DNA of 64,000 bases. Origin: Coprothermobacterota bacterium. GTDB taxonomy: Bacteria > Coprothermobacterota > HKB111. Made by a program: the position numbers and the translations under genes. This document shows, one piece after another, positions 27,581 through 37,595 of the stretch. Position 1 is the stretch's first letter; every line of letters starts with the position of its first letter. Below the pieces are notes generated by a model. It had not been told where the DNA came from. It searched no databases and saw only the letters and a list, made by a program, of their open reading frames with translations. The DNA is taken from contig JBBIUB010000001.1 of the NCBI GenBank assembly GCA_037440465.1, positions 96,001-160,000 on the forward strand, read 5' to 3'.

Positions 27581-28111
27581 TTAAAACTCACCCAGAATAA
27601 GACCAAGGTCCCCCTCAGTCCTTTTGTATATAAGTCCGATATTGCCAGTGGAAGCATGAAGGAAAAGAAAAAAATCATGCCCAAGAAGCTCCATTTCTTC
27701 TATGGCTTCATCTTCATCCATCAGTCTTAAGAAAAACCTCTTTGTCTTAACAACTTTTGATTTCTTCTCTTTAACTGCACTTTCTTCTTTTATTGCTCTT
27801 ATGACCTCATTTGGTTGAGAACGAGATGATAGTCGTTCCTTATAACGCCTTATTTGCTTTTCAAGTTTTTCAATTGCAAAGTCTATAGCTAAATACATAT
27901 CAGAACCTAATTCTTCGCTTCTGACTACTTTACCTGAAGCTAAAAGCGTTATCTCTGCAGTACTTCTTCCTCTCTCTAACCCTAAAGTAATAGTAACACT
28001 CTGAATGTTTCCAAAATAACGGGTCATTTTGTTAAGTTTGTTTACAGCATATTCTTTCAAATCTTCGGTAATCTCAATATTTTTACCTTGTACATTTATA
28101 TTCATCGTCAT
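27581..28111 (-). CDS. hpf: Ribosome hibernation promoting factor (long HPF)
   Basis: GKNIEIT, DMYLAID...KLEKQIRRYK, MELLGHDF, YKR..G. Confidence 0.9.
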   Translation of the reverse strand: MTMNINVQGKNIEITEDLKEYAVNKLNKMTRYFGNIQSVTITLGLERGRSTAEITLLASGKVVRSEELGSDMYLAIDFAIEKLEKQIRRYKERLSSRSQPNEVIRAIKEESAVKEKKSKVVKTKRFFLRLMDEDEAIEEMELLGHDFFLFLHASTGNIGLIYKRTEGDLGLILGEF

Positions 28112-28181
28112 TTACCTCCATTAATAAGCAACTTAATTAATTCCTATTATCACACCATCTGATGTAATAGTTTACCAGATT

Positions 28182-28826
28182 TCATAGTTGTTTACACAAT
28201 GTGAATGTTTCAACAGTTATAGCGCCATTTAATTTGAGTACTTTTTGACAGGATTTGATGGTTTCGCCAGTTGTAAAAACATCATCAATTAATATTATTC
28301 TTTTTCCTTTTATATCCTTACAAGATGAAAAGACGCCTTTTACATTTTCTCTTCTTTGAGCAGATGAAAGACCTACCTGAGGTCTCGTCTCTTTAACCTT
28401 TACCAAGCATCTTTTTAAATTTGGCATTGGATACTCGCATATAAATCCCTTTACTAAAGCTTCAGACTGATTATAACCTCTATTTCTTAACTCCCTTCTA
28501 TGCAAAGGGACTGGAATAATTCCGTCAAAAAATGAGTTGGTCAGTGTATTGAAATATCTACCCATAATCATCCCAAGTATAACTCCTAAATCATAAAAAC
28601 CTTTATATTTCATTAGGTGAACTAATTCTCTTATTTTTCCCTCGTAGAAAAAAAGGCTAAATGATTGAAGCTTTTCATCCCTCATTGGCTTAGCCAGGGT
28701 TTCTATTTCCTTCAGACAAGAAGGACATAAAACAGTAAAACCATAGATTCCACAAAGAACACATCTTGATGGGATAAGGACTTCCCTAAGTTCCTTAAAT
28801 AAGGGAATAAACCAGCTTCCCTTCAA
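28182..28826 (-). CDS. comF: ComF-family amidophosphoribosyltransferase-like protein
   Basis: CVLC...CPSC, PVPLH, RGYNQ, IDDVFTTG. Confidence 0.85.
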   Translation of the reverse strand: MKGSWFIPLFKELREVLIPSRCVLCGIYGFTVLCPSCLKEIETLAKPMRDEKLQSFSLFFYEGKIRELVHLMKYKGFYDLGVILGMIMGRYFNTLTNSFFDGIIPVPLHRRELRNRGYNQSEALVKGFICEYPMPNLKRCLVKVKETRPQVGLSSAQRRENVKGVFSSCKDIKGKRIILIDDVFTTGETIKSCQKVLKLNGAITVETFTLCKQL

Positions 28827-30027
28827 AGACTGCTCCCTTTACATGAGAAACTCCAACCCTATATCCCAGATGCTTAAAATCAGGAAAATCCATGATAATC
28901 ATATCTGCGCTTTTACCTTCCTCTATACTTCCAGTTATTCTGTCTATTCCAAGCGAATAAGCAGCATTTAGTGTAGCTGCTATAATAGCTTCTTGTAAGG
29001 GCATACCAAGTAGGGTTACTGCAAGAGAGATAATAAATTCCATACTTTCCACCATAGATGTACCTGGATTAAAATCAGTCCCTAAAGCTACTTTCAAACC
29101 AAGCTCCTTGAAGCGTTTGTATTGTGGATACATGTCCAACCCCAGTGAATATACAGTACCAGGTAATAATATTGCAACTACTCCCTTATCTGCCATAGAT
29201 TTAAGTGATTCATCACTACTCCTGAGAAGATGATCGGCACTCATAGCCCCTGTTTCTGCAGCAAGAAGAGCTCCACTAATATCATTGAATTCATCGGCGT
29301 GAAGTCTTATTTTGAAACCAAGTTTTTTCGCTTCATTTAAGAAGGGTAAAACTTCTTCTGATGTAAAAACACCCTTTTCTACAAAAGCATCAACAAAAGT
29401 AGCCAATCCTCTTTTGGCTATTTCTGGTAGTACCTGGTAAGTCATGTAATCAACATAATCTCCTGGATTATTTTTAAACTCTGGGGGTAAAGCATGCAAA
29501 CCAAGAAATGTTGGAATTAAGCGAGCAATTTTTTCATGATTTAGAGCTTTAACCACATAGAGCATCTTGATTTCACTTTCAAGATCTAATCCATAACCAC
29601 TCTTAACCTCAAATGTAGTTGAACCGCTTTTTAATAGTGCCAAAAGATTTCTTTTTGATGAAGCAAATAAATCTTCGAAACTACTTTCTCTTACCTTTTT
29701 TACTGTTTGGAGAATTCCACCTCCAGATTTTAGAATCTCAAGGTAAGAAGCTCCTTGAAAACGTAAGTGAAATTCGTTCTCTCTAAAGCCAGAAAAAACC
29801 AGGTGAGTATGTGGATCAACAAATCCTGGTAAAACCGTTCCTCCTTCTGCATCCAGTTCCTTCCCATCATTTTTTAATAATAGATCACTACTATAAGGTC
29901 CAACATAAACAACCTTTCCTTCATTTACACCTATTAGACCATTTAGAATGATCTTAAGTATATCGCACCCTGTTTCTGGTGTAACTATTTGAGATATATT
30001 TTTTATAATAAGATCACACTCAATCAT
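28795..30027 (-). CDS. hutI: Imidazolonepropionase
   Basis: DPHTH, KSGYGL, HADE, SADHL, TDFNPG. Confidence 0.92.
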   Translation of the reverse strand: MIECDLIIKNISQIVTPETGCDILKIILNGLIGVNEGKVVYVGPYSSDLLLKNDGKELDAEGGTVLPGFVDPHTHLVFSGFRENEFHLRFQGASYLEILKSGGGILQTVKKVRESSFEDLFASSKRNLLALLKSGSTTFEVKSGYGLDLESEIKMLYVVKALNHEKIARLIPTFLGLHALPPEFKNNPGDYVDYMTYQVLPEIAKRGLATFVDAFVEKGVFTSEEVLPFLNEAKKLGFKIRLHADEFNDISGALLAAETGAMSADHLLRSSDESLKSMADKGVVAILLPGTVYSLGLDMYPQYKRFKELGLKVALGTDFNPGTSMVESMEFIISLAVTLLGMPLQEAIIAATLNAAYSLGIDRITGSIEEGKSADMIIMDFPDFKHLGYRVGVSHVKGAVFEGKLVYSLI

Positions 30028-30925
30028 ATAATTTTTCCAGAAGTCTTTCCTCCAGAGTTATATTTGAAGTAGGTCCTTTAAGCTTAATAAAGTAAGCAAG
30101 TGATTGGATAAGAGCTCTTGCTGGTGGAAGACCAATAATCTCGCTTTCAAGCACTTCTACCCCATATCTCTGTGCTTCTAATTTGACGAGTTCATATACT
30201 CTATAAAGAGGAGTAGATTCAAAATCCAATAGATTCATAGTTACCTGAATAATTCCTTGCTCTTTAAGTTCCATCCCTTTCGCCTGGACACCGATCAAGC
30301 CACCAGATGATTCTCTGACCGCTTTTGCTACCTTCTCGGCTACCTTTAAGTCATCTGTCTTAAGGTTTATGTTGTATGCTAAGAGGAACTTACGAGCACC
30401 AACTGCTACTGCTCCTGCTGTAGGATGAAGACAGGGCTCTCCGAAATCTGGAAACCTTTCTTTCTTTTTTATCTCTTCCTTAAGTTCTTCAAATTCACCC
30501 TTCCTGACATCTGGTAATCTTATTCTTTGAGGAACAGTAGCAGAATAAGCATAAAGGTAAGCTGGAATATGGAGCTCGGAAGCAATCCTCTGACCTAATT
30601 CTCTTGATAAGCCAATGCAATCTTTCATTGTGACATTTCTAAAAGGAATGAAAGGTATTACATCCATAGAACCTATGCGAGGGTGAGTTCCTTTATGCTT
30701 GTTAAGATCGATTAGTTCTGAAGCCTTCTCTGTACCTCGGAAAAGCGCTTCTAAAATCGGAGCTGGCTTACCTACTAAAGTTACCACCGATCGATTATGG
30801 TCAGAATCGGAAGAGAGATCTAGAACATGGGCCCCCTGAACAGAAGATAAAGCACTAACAATCTTATCAATAACCTCTTGTTTCCGCCCTTCACTGAAGT
30901 TTGGGACACTTTCTACTAATTGCAT
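30020..30925 (-). CDS. ftcD: Glutamate formimidoyltransferase
   Basis: ESVPNFSEGR, DHNRSV, HPRIG..DV.PF, GARKFL.AYN. Confidence 0.9.
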   Translation of the reverse strand: MQLVESVPNFSEGRKQEVIDKIVSALSSVQGAHVLDLSSDSDHNRSVVTLVGKPAPILEALFRGTEKASELIDLNKHKGTHPRIGSMDVIPFIPFRNVTMKDCIGLSRELGQRIASELHIPAYLYAYSATVPQRIRLPDVRKGEFEELKEEIKKKERFPDFGEPCLHPTAGAVAVGARKFLLAYNINLKTDDLKVAEKVAKAVRESSGGLIGVQAKGMELKEQGIIQVTMNLLDFESTPLYRVYELVKLEAQRYGVEVLESEIIGLPPARALIQSLAYFIKLKGPTSNITLEERLLEKLYD

Positions 30926-31144
30926 AATAGTAACTCCTTTCTAAGTAAAATTATAACTTACAGTTAAGTAGAATTTTTATACCACATCTTTTCCTTAATT
31001 ATAACCTCCCATCCTTCTTTTTAATATGTTATAATTGTTTTTGTTAAATTGATAATCTCAATATTAACATCGAGGGACCCTTAAAGTTAAGTAACCAAAC
31101 GTAAGAAGAACATTTTAAATTAAATTTTATAAGGGAGATCCACA

Positions 31145-31858
31145 ATGATTGAAGTTCAAGAGTTAAAAAAGAACTTTAATAAAGTAGAAGCACTCAGGGG
31201 TATTTCCTTTAATGTTAAACCAGGGATAATCTTTGGTCTCTTAGGACCCAATGGAGCTGGCAAGACCACTAATATTAGAATCATTTCCACTATTATCAAA
31301 CCAACTGCAGGTAAAGTTCTTGTTGATGGGATAGATATTGATAAGAACCCGGATAGAGCAAGAGCAAAACTCGGTATACTTTATGAAAATGCTGGTCTAT
31401 ATAGAAGACTCACAGGAGAAGAGAATGTTCTTTACTTCGCTGGTTTATTTGGATTAGATATGACAACCGCTAAGAAAAGGATGAAAGACTTCTTTGAGGT
31501 ATTGGAAATAGATTATGCTAAACGTATTGCAGGGCAATACTCAAAAGGAATGTCCCAGAAGGTTGCCTTAGTTCGTGCTCTTATTGCTAATCCTCCCATC
31601 GTAATGCTGGATGAACCCACTGCTGGACTGGATGTAACATCATCAGTAAAGGTGAGAGAATCTCTTAACTATTTAAAAGAAAATGGTAAGACTGTCATAG
31701 TATCTACCCACCTGATGTCAGAAGTAGAAGCCCTTTGCGATGAAGTAGTTATCATTGACCGTGGTCTATTAGTTGAGCAAGGTAGCCCAAAGGATATTAA
31801 GAATCGCTATAACTCATCTAACTTAGAAGAAGCCTTTATAAAAGTGGTGAAAAAATGA
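31145..31858 (+). CDS. ABC exporter ATP-binding protein, NatA-like
   Basis: GPNGAGKT, YSKGM.QK, DEPT.GLD. Confidence 0.8.
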   Translation: MIEVQELKKNFNKVEALRGISFNVKPGIIFGLLGPNGAGKTTNIRIISTIIKPTAGKVLVDGIDIDKNPDRARAKLGILYENAGLYRRLTGEENVLYFAGLFGLDMTTAKKRMKDFFEVLEIDYAKRIAGQYSKGMSQKVALVRALIANPPIVMLDEPTAGLDVTSSVKVRESLNYLKENGKTVIVSTHLMSEVEALCDEVVIIDRGLLVEQGSPKDIKNRYNSSNLEEAFIKVVKK

Positions 31859-33009
31859 AGACACAACTTATCTTCCTGAAAGAATTAAAAGATGCTTTTA
31901 GAGATAAAAGAACTATTATTATGACCATAGTTATACCAACCCTCCTTATCCCCCTAATGCTTTTCGGGCAGTTTTTTATACAAAAAACAGAAATAGAACG
32001 AGCTCAAGAACAGGTTGTTAAATTAATTTACTCAGGACCTGCTGATATAAAAGAACTTCTCGTTGTTGATAAAAAAATTGTTTTTCTTCCTTTTTCTGAT
32101 GAAATTGGCAAAAAAATAGAAGAAAAAGATGCTGATGCAGCTTTAGTAATTCAGGATGGAAAAGCCGTTATTCATTATGACCCCACTAAACCTACTTCTG
32201 CTTATGCCAGCCAGAAGTTAAAGAATTATCTACTAATTTATAGCGAAAAAGTAATTGAAGCAAGACTCCAAAATATTGGGTTAGATCCGAATATCATTAA
32301 GGTCTTTGATATAAAAGAGGAAAGTGTAGCTTCTCCAAGTAAAATGGGAGCTTTCTTTGCAGCAATGCTTATACCAATAATGATACTTTCTATAGGAATA
32401 TCGGGGAACATGTACCTCTTTTCTGACATAGGTGCAGGAGAGAAAGAAAGGGGAACATTAGAACCTTTGTTAGCTACACCTGCTAAACGACAAGAAATCG
32501 CTACAGGTAAATGGTTAGCAGTAAGCTCATTATCCTTTTTCTCAATAGTTCTTATGCTGGTGGTGATGCTTCTTACCATTAACTATGGCCAACCATTATT
32601 TCTCATGCCCGGTCAAGAAGGGGCATCCTTAAAGCTTGAACCAATAGCACTGATAATCCTGACTCTGGGAGGACTTCTTTTAGCTCTTTCAGGTGGTGCT
32701 TTACAGTTTACCATCTCCATCTGGGCGCGGAACATCCGGGAGGCTCAGCTCTACCTTGGCTATCTACCTATGGTAGTAATTTTACCAGTAGTATTTCTTA
32801 ATATCATGGGGATTATGGGGAATATCCCTAACTGGTCTTACTATATACCTCTAATTAATCTCTATCCCATCATATATACAGCCATTATGAATGAGATGGT
32901 ATTTAGCAAGATACTAATAGCTTTGAGTACAAATACACTACTGACCATCCTGGGAATAATGCTGGTTACCAGAATCCTAAATCGTGAGGAAGTTATTTTG
33001 AGGACTTAG
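31855..33009 (+). CDS. ABC exporter permease, NatB-like
   Basis: KELKDAFRDKRT, AGEKERGTLEPLL.TP, multiple TM segments. Confidence 0.82.
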   Translation: MKTQLIFLKELKDAFRDKRTIIMTIVIPTLLIPLMLFGQFFIQKTEIERAQEQVVKLIYSGPADIKELLVVDKKIVFLPFSDEIGKKIEEKDADAALVIQDGKAVIHYDPTKPTSAYASQKLKNYLLIYSEKVIEARLQNIGLDPNIIKVFDIKEESVASPSKMGAFFAAMLIPIMILSIGISGNMYLFSDIGAGEKERGTLEPLLATPAKRQEIATGKWLAVSSLSFFSIVLMLVVMLLTINYGQPLFLMPGQEGASLKLEPIALIILTLGGLLLALSGGALQFTISIWARNIREAQLYLGYLPMVVILPVVFLNIMGIMGNIPNWSYYIPLINLYPIIYTAIMNEMVFSKILIALSTNTLLTILGIMLVTRILNREEVILRT

Positions 33010-33337
33010 ATATTTTCAAAACTTACATTATAAATTGGGAAAAGTTGAAAAGCTGAATTTTTAATGTTCAAAAATTGAGTAGGTTAAGTTCAAGGTGACA
33101 AAAAACCTGACATCATTTTTGTTACTATTAAGACAATTTAGCCTTTAATTTCACTCCGCTTTTCTACTTTTAATCAGTTAAAAACCATAAACTGAATAGT
33201 ATGTCATGGACATTACACAGGGCAATAGATGGTAATGGCACCATAACAGTATTTATCCAGTAATTAAAATATAAGAAATAGTAGCGAGAGTAAATTAATT
33301 AATAATATTTAAGTTATTTTCCCAATAAGTGAATTAG

Positions 33338-34024
33338 TTACAACTTCCAGAGTAATCTGTTGGATATAATCTTATAACTAATCAGGCCTCTTGACAGTAG
33401 AGAGGATAGATATGCCATTATTGGTGTGTTTACCAGATAATACTCTCCCATACCTGTAATGTTGACTCCATGGTGATCACATAATTCTTTCAAAATCCCG
33501 GATACTTCTTTCTCTTCTTTGAGAATATCAAGAATAAGGTTTTCGTTTTCTTTGATAGCATTCAAGTTAAACTCTATCAACTCTTTTAGATTATCCCCTG
33601 GTTGAGCATGGGTTGGCACATAAAACTTATATTTTGATTCTCTCAACCAATTCAAAGTATCCTTACATTTATCGATATCAATGGCGAAAATTACTCTGTA
33701 TTTATCTATTATTTCTCTTGAAAATATAGCATCTGCGAGGAAAAGTACCCCATCAATTTCCAGTCCAATCTGGTTGGGAGAATGACCCGCTAGAGGAATC
33801 ACTTTAAACTCCACTTCATTCAATTTAAAATCTTTTTCTGATATGACCATATCTACACAAGATGGTTTAGATAAAAAGAATTTTTCTGTTAAAGTAGAGG
33901 GAGGATTAGCACCAGAAAAAAGATACAAAGGCTCAAGAATGGGATTTTCTATGATGGCCAATTCAACTGAAGGTGCAAGAATCTTTGCACCTGTCTTTTC
34001 TTTAATGAAATAATTCCCTCCAAA
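33338..34024 (-). pseudogene. MBL-fold metallo-hydrolase, N-terminally truncated
   Basis: GHSPNQ, FLAD and PTH present. The frame extends upstream only to FGGNYFIKEKTGAKILAP, then a TAG at 34036-34034; no HxHxDH. Confidence 0.7.
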
Positions 34025-34070
34025 TATCCCTTTCTATCTTAATAAGCTCCAATATAAGAACCTCCGGAAC

Positions 34071-34778
34071 TTATCCTCCTAAGTATGCTTCCTTTACCTT
34101 AGGGTTCTCTTTTAGATTTTTACATGACCCCTCTAATACTATATTGCCAACCTCCATTAAATAACCGTAGTCGGAGTATTCTAAAGCCATTCTGGCATTT
34201 TGTTCTACCAGAAGAATAGTTGTCCCAAACTCATTTATTTTTTTTATAACTTCAAAAAGTTCATTAACCAGGACTGGTGCTAAACCCATAGATGGTTCAT
34301 CCAATAGCATCAGCTTACCTTTTGTTACCATGGCACGTGCCACAGCTAACATCTGCTGTTCTCCTCCAGAAAGTGTTCCAGCAGTCTGTGTTGACCTTTC
34401 CTTAAGTCGAGGGAATAGTGAAAAAACCAGTTCAAGGTCACCTTTTATCTCTTTTTTATTTTTTCTTGTCCAACCCGCTAATTCGAGATTCTCTAAAACA
34501 GTTAGGGTAGAAAATACTTTCCTTCCTTCTGGGACATGTGCAATCCCCATAGAAACGATTTCATGTGCAGGCGTTTTTGTAATATCCTTTCCGTCAAAGA
34601 TTATGATCCCTTCTTTGGGAACTAACCCGGAGATTGCTCGTAATGTCGTTGATTTACCTGCTCCATTAGCTCCAATGAGAGTTATAATCTTTCCTTTCTC
34701 AACCTGGAAATTTATCTCTTTTAGAGCCCTTATTCCTCCATAGGACACTTTGAGGTTTTTTGCTTCCAGTATTATCAT
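34071..34778 (-). CDS. livF: Branched-chain amino acid ABC ATPase
   Basis: GANGAGKS, HVPEGR, LSGGEQQM, DEPSMGLAP. Confidence 0.9.
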   Translation of the reverse strand: MIILEAKNLKVSYGGIRALKEINFQVEKGKIITLIGANGAGKSTTLRAISGLVPKEGIIIFDGKDITKTPAHEIVSMGIAHVPEGRKVFSTLTVLENLELAGWTRKNKKEIKGDLELVFSLFPRLKERSTQTAGTLSGGEQQMLAVARAMVTKGKLMLLDEPSMGLAPVLVNELFEVIKKINEFGTTILLVEQNARMALEYSDYGYLMEVGNIVLEGSCKNLKENPKVKEAYLGG

Positions 34779-35554
34779 TACAGTTCAACCCTCCCCTTCC
34801 CCAGATAAGCCTCAATAACTTTAGCATTGTTCTGAATATCACTAGGTGTACCTTCTGCTATAGTTACTCCAAAATCCATAACTTTTATCCACTCACATAT
34901 CTTCATAACAAATCTCATTTGGTGCTCAATAACTAAAAGGGTAAGGCCAAATTCTCTCTTTATATTTAGAAGTAGCTCCATTAAGGCATCTATTTCTCTA
35001 GGGTTCATACCTGCTGCTGGTTCGTCCAGTAATAGTACTCTGGGTTTGGTTGCCAAAGCTCGGGCTATCTCCAGCCTCCTTTGCTCTCCATAAGGTAAGT
35101 TTTTAGCCAATTCTCCTGCTCTATGCACCAAACCAAGGGTTTCCAGTAGCTGTATTGATTCACCTTTTATTCTTTTTTCTTCTCTATCATAAAAGGAATT
35201 CCTCAAAAAAACATCAAAATATCTGGCTTTATATTTAAGGTGAAAACCTATTCTAACGTTGTCAAGAACAGTAAGATTTCCAAATAACCTTATATTCTGG
35301 AATGTCCTGGCTACACCCCTGGAAATTACCTCATGAGGTTTGAGTTTTGTTATTTCTTCACCTTTGAAATAAATAGAGCCCTTTGTGGGGATATATACAC
35401 CTGTAACAAGATTAAAAACTGTTGTTTTACCAGCACCGTTTGGTCCTATTATTCCCCATAAGGCACCTTCTGGTAGTTCAAGATTAAAGTTAATAACAGC
35501 CTTGAGTCCACCAAAGAACTGAGTTAACTCGGTGGTAGTTAGTACAGCTCCCAT
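34778..35554 (-). CDS. livG: Branched-chain amino acid ABC ATPase
   Basis: FGGL, RTFQNIRLF, LPYGEQRRLE, DEPAAG. Confidence 0.9.
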   Translation of the reverse strand: MGAVLTTTELTQFFGGLKAVINFNLELPEGALWGIIGPNGAGKTTVFNLVTGVYIPTKGSIYFKGEEITKLKPHEVISRGVARTFQNIRLFGNLTVLDNVRIGFHLKYKARYFDVFLRNSFYDREEKRIKGESIQLLETLGLVHRAGELAKNLPYGEQRRLEIARALATKPRVLLLDEPAAGMNPREIDALMELLLNIKREFGLTLLVIEHQMRFVMKICEWIKVMDFGVTIAEGTPSDIQNNAKVIEAYLGKGRVEL

Positions 35555-36562
35555 TTATCTATCCTCCTCAGGAATAAGTATTTTTGCCTCTTTTCCCCCA
35601 AACAACCCTTCAGGTCTGAAGAGAATAATTATAATAAGTAAGAAGGAATAAAGTACCATCCTCCATTCCTGCCCTACCTCAAAACCCCACCTTGGCAGTG
35701 TAAAACTACTCATTGAAGAAAAAAGCACAGGAAGAGCATATCTTTCCAGAACAGTTAGAACAAAGGCTGCTAGAATTGAGCCTGTCAGACTTCCCATTCC
35801 TCCAACATATAAAAATACCAGTAATAAAATTGAACCCATAAAACCAAATTGCGTAGGGTGAGCAATCTTAATAAGATGGCAGAGTAAACCACCACCAATT
35901 CCAGCAAAGAATGCCCCTACTGTGAAGGCGAACATCTTATATTTTGTGGTATCAACACCAACCAAAGCGGAGGCTATATAGTCTTCCCGAATAGATAAAA
36001 GGGCACGACCATAGCTGGAATAAATAATATTTCTTAATATTAGTATGGTCAGGAAGGTTATCAAAAATATAATTGTGAAGTCTGAAATACGGGGTATTCC
36101 TAAAAGACCTCTTGGTCCTCCAACATAGTCAATGTTATTAATAATCACCCTTATCATTTCTCCAAACCCCAGGGTAGTTATTGCCAGATAATCACCCCTA
36201 AGTCTGAAGCTAGGGATGCTTATTAAGAAACCAGCTAACGCTGCAGCGATTCCACCTAAAGTGAGGGCAACCAGGAAAAGTGGTACGCGAGTATGCATGG
36301 GAGTATCAATAGATAATTTCCAGATCAGGGTGGTTAAAATACCAGAAATGTAAGCTCCGATACCTGCAAAACCCATATGTCCAATAGAAAACTGGCCAGT
36401 AAAACCGTTAATGAGATTCAAACTGGATGTAAGAATCATATAAACCAAAGATAAATTTATAACTAACATGGGGAAATCGCCAAGAAACCCTATAGTTTTT
36501 AATCCAAATACAACCAGATAAACTGCCAGACCTGCTAAAATAAGTTTTAAATCCCTTTTCAT
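35555..36562 (-). CDS. livM: Branched-chain amino acid ABC permease
   Basis: GQFSIGH, RLRGDYLAI.TLGFGE. Confidence 0.9.
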   Translation of the reverse strand: MKRDLKLILAGLAVYLVVFGLKTIGFLGDFPMLVINLSLVYMILTSSLNLINGFTGQFSIGHMGFAGIGAYISGILTTLIWKLSIDTPMHTRVPLFLVALTLGGIAAALAGFLISIPSFRLRGDYLAITTLGFGEMIRVIINNIDYVGGPRGLLGIPRISDFTIIFLITFLTILILRNIIYSSYGRALLSIREDYIASALVGVDTTKYKMFAFTVGAFFAGIGGGLLCHLIKIAHPTQFGFMGSILLLVFLYVGGMGSLTGSILAAFVLTVLERYALPVLFSSMSSFTLPRWGFEVGQEWRMVLYSFLLIIIILFRPEGLFGGKEAKILIPEEDR

Positions 36563-36570
36563 ATCTTCTC

Positions 36571-37482
36571 CTACACCTTTTCAGCAGTCTTCTCCCCCAG
36601 TATTCCTTGAGGTCTAAAGAGAAGAACTAATATTAAGATAGCAAAGGCTATACCCTCTCCGTATAGAGAGCGATAAGCAGTGGCATAAGTTTCAGCAATG
36701 CCCATTATATAGCCACCCAGCATTGCACCAGGTATATTCCCTATACCTCCTAAAACAGCAGCTACAAAAGCTTTTAAGCCTGGTAGAATACCCATGTAGG
36801 GAAAAATCCTGGGGTATGTTATGGAAGCCAGAAGGCCTGCAGCACCAGCAAAAGAACCCCCTATAAAAAATGTGAAAGTAATAATTTTCTCTACATCTAT
36901 TCCCATAAGTCTTGCAGCATCTTTATCCAGAGCCACTGCCCTCATTGCTTTCCCCATCATCGTTTTTCTTACTATAAAAGTAAGGAAAAGCATTAAACTT
37001 ATTGTCACAGCCAGATTAATTATCTGATAGTTATTAAGTTGTATTAAACCAAATTGATAAGGTCTTCTCTGAATAATCTCAGGAAAAGCCCTAAAGGAAG
37101 CGCCTATAAAAGGTAATGAGGAAAAGAGGTATTCGATAAACATAGATACACCAATTGCTGCGATCAGGGCAGAAAGTCTTGGACGGTATCTTAGAGGCTT
37201 ATAGACTAATCGATTGGTTAACATGGCTGCGCATGCAGAAGCAAGCATACTCCCAATAAATATCAGCACAATGGGAGCATTACCTAGCCTTGCTACTAAA
37301 TAAGTGGACATAAAAAAAGCAGCATAGGCACCTATCATAAAAAAATCCCCATGAGCAAAATTTATCAACCTAATTATGCCATACACCATGGTATAACCCA
37401 GGGCAATCAGAGCATATATAGAGCCTAATTGAATCCCATTAACTAACTGCTTGAAATTGAATATAGCGCTGATAGTTTCCAT
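36571..37482 (-). CDS. livH: Branched-chain amino acid ABC permease
   Basis: YALIALGYTMVYG, NFAHG, KAFVAAVLGGIG. Confidence 0.9.
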   Translation of the reverse strand: METISAIFNFKQLVNGIQLGSIYALIALGYTMVYGIIRLINFAHGDFFMIGAYAAFFMSTYLVARLGNAPIVLIFIGSMLASACAAMLTNRLVYKPLRYRPRLSALIAAIGVSMFIEYLFSSLPFIGASFRAFPEIIQRRPYQFGLIQLNNYQIINLAVTISLMLFLTFIVRKTMMGKAMRAVALDKDAARLMGIDVEKIITFTFFIGGSFAGAAGLLASITYPRIFPYMGILPGLKAFVAAVLGGIGNIPGAMLGGYIMGIAETYATAYRSLYGEGIAFAILILVLLFRPQGILGEKTAEKV

Positions 37483-37534
37483 AGAGTATTAACTTTCTCC
37501 TTTATTCACGCATAAATCAAAACGATTTTTATAA

Positions 37535-37572
37535 CAAAAGATGGGGGGAGGCAGATGTGCTCTCCCCCCTTT
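37535..37572 (-). terminator. Hairpin after livK (partial terminator / stabiliser)
   Basis: Minus strand GGGGGAGAGCAC-atct-GCCTCCCCCC followed by ATCTTTTGTT. Confidence 0.65.
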
Positions 37573-37595
37573 AATTACAAACCTGCTATATCAGT

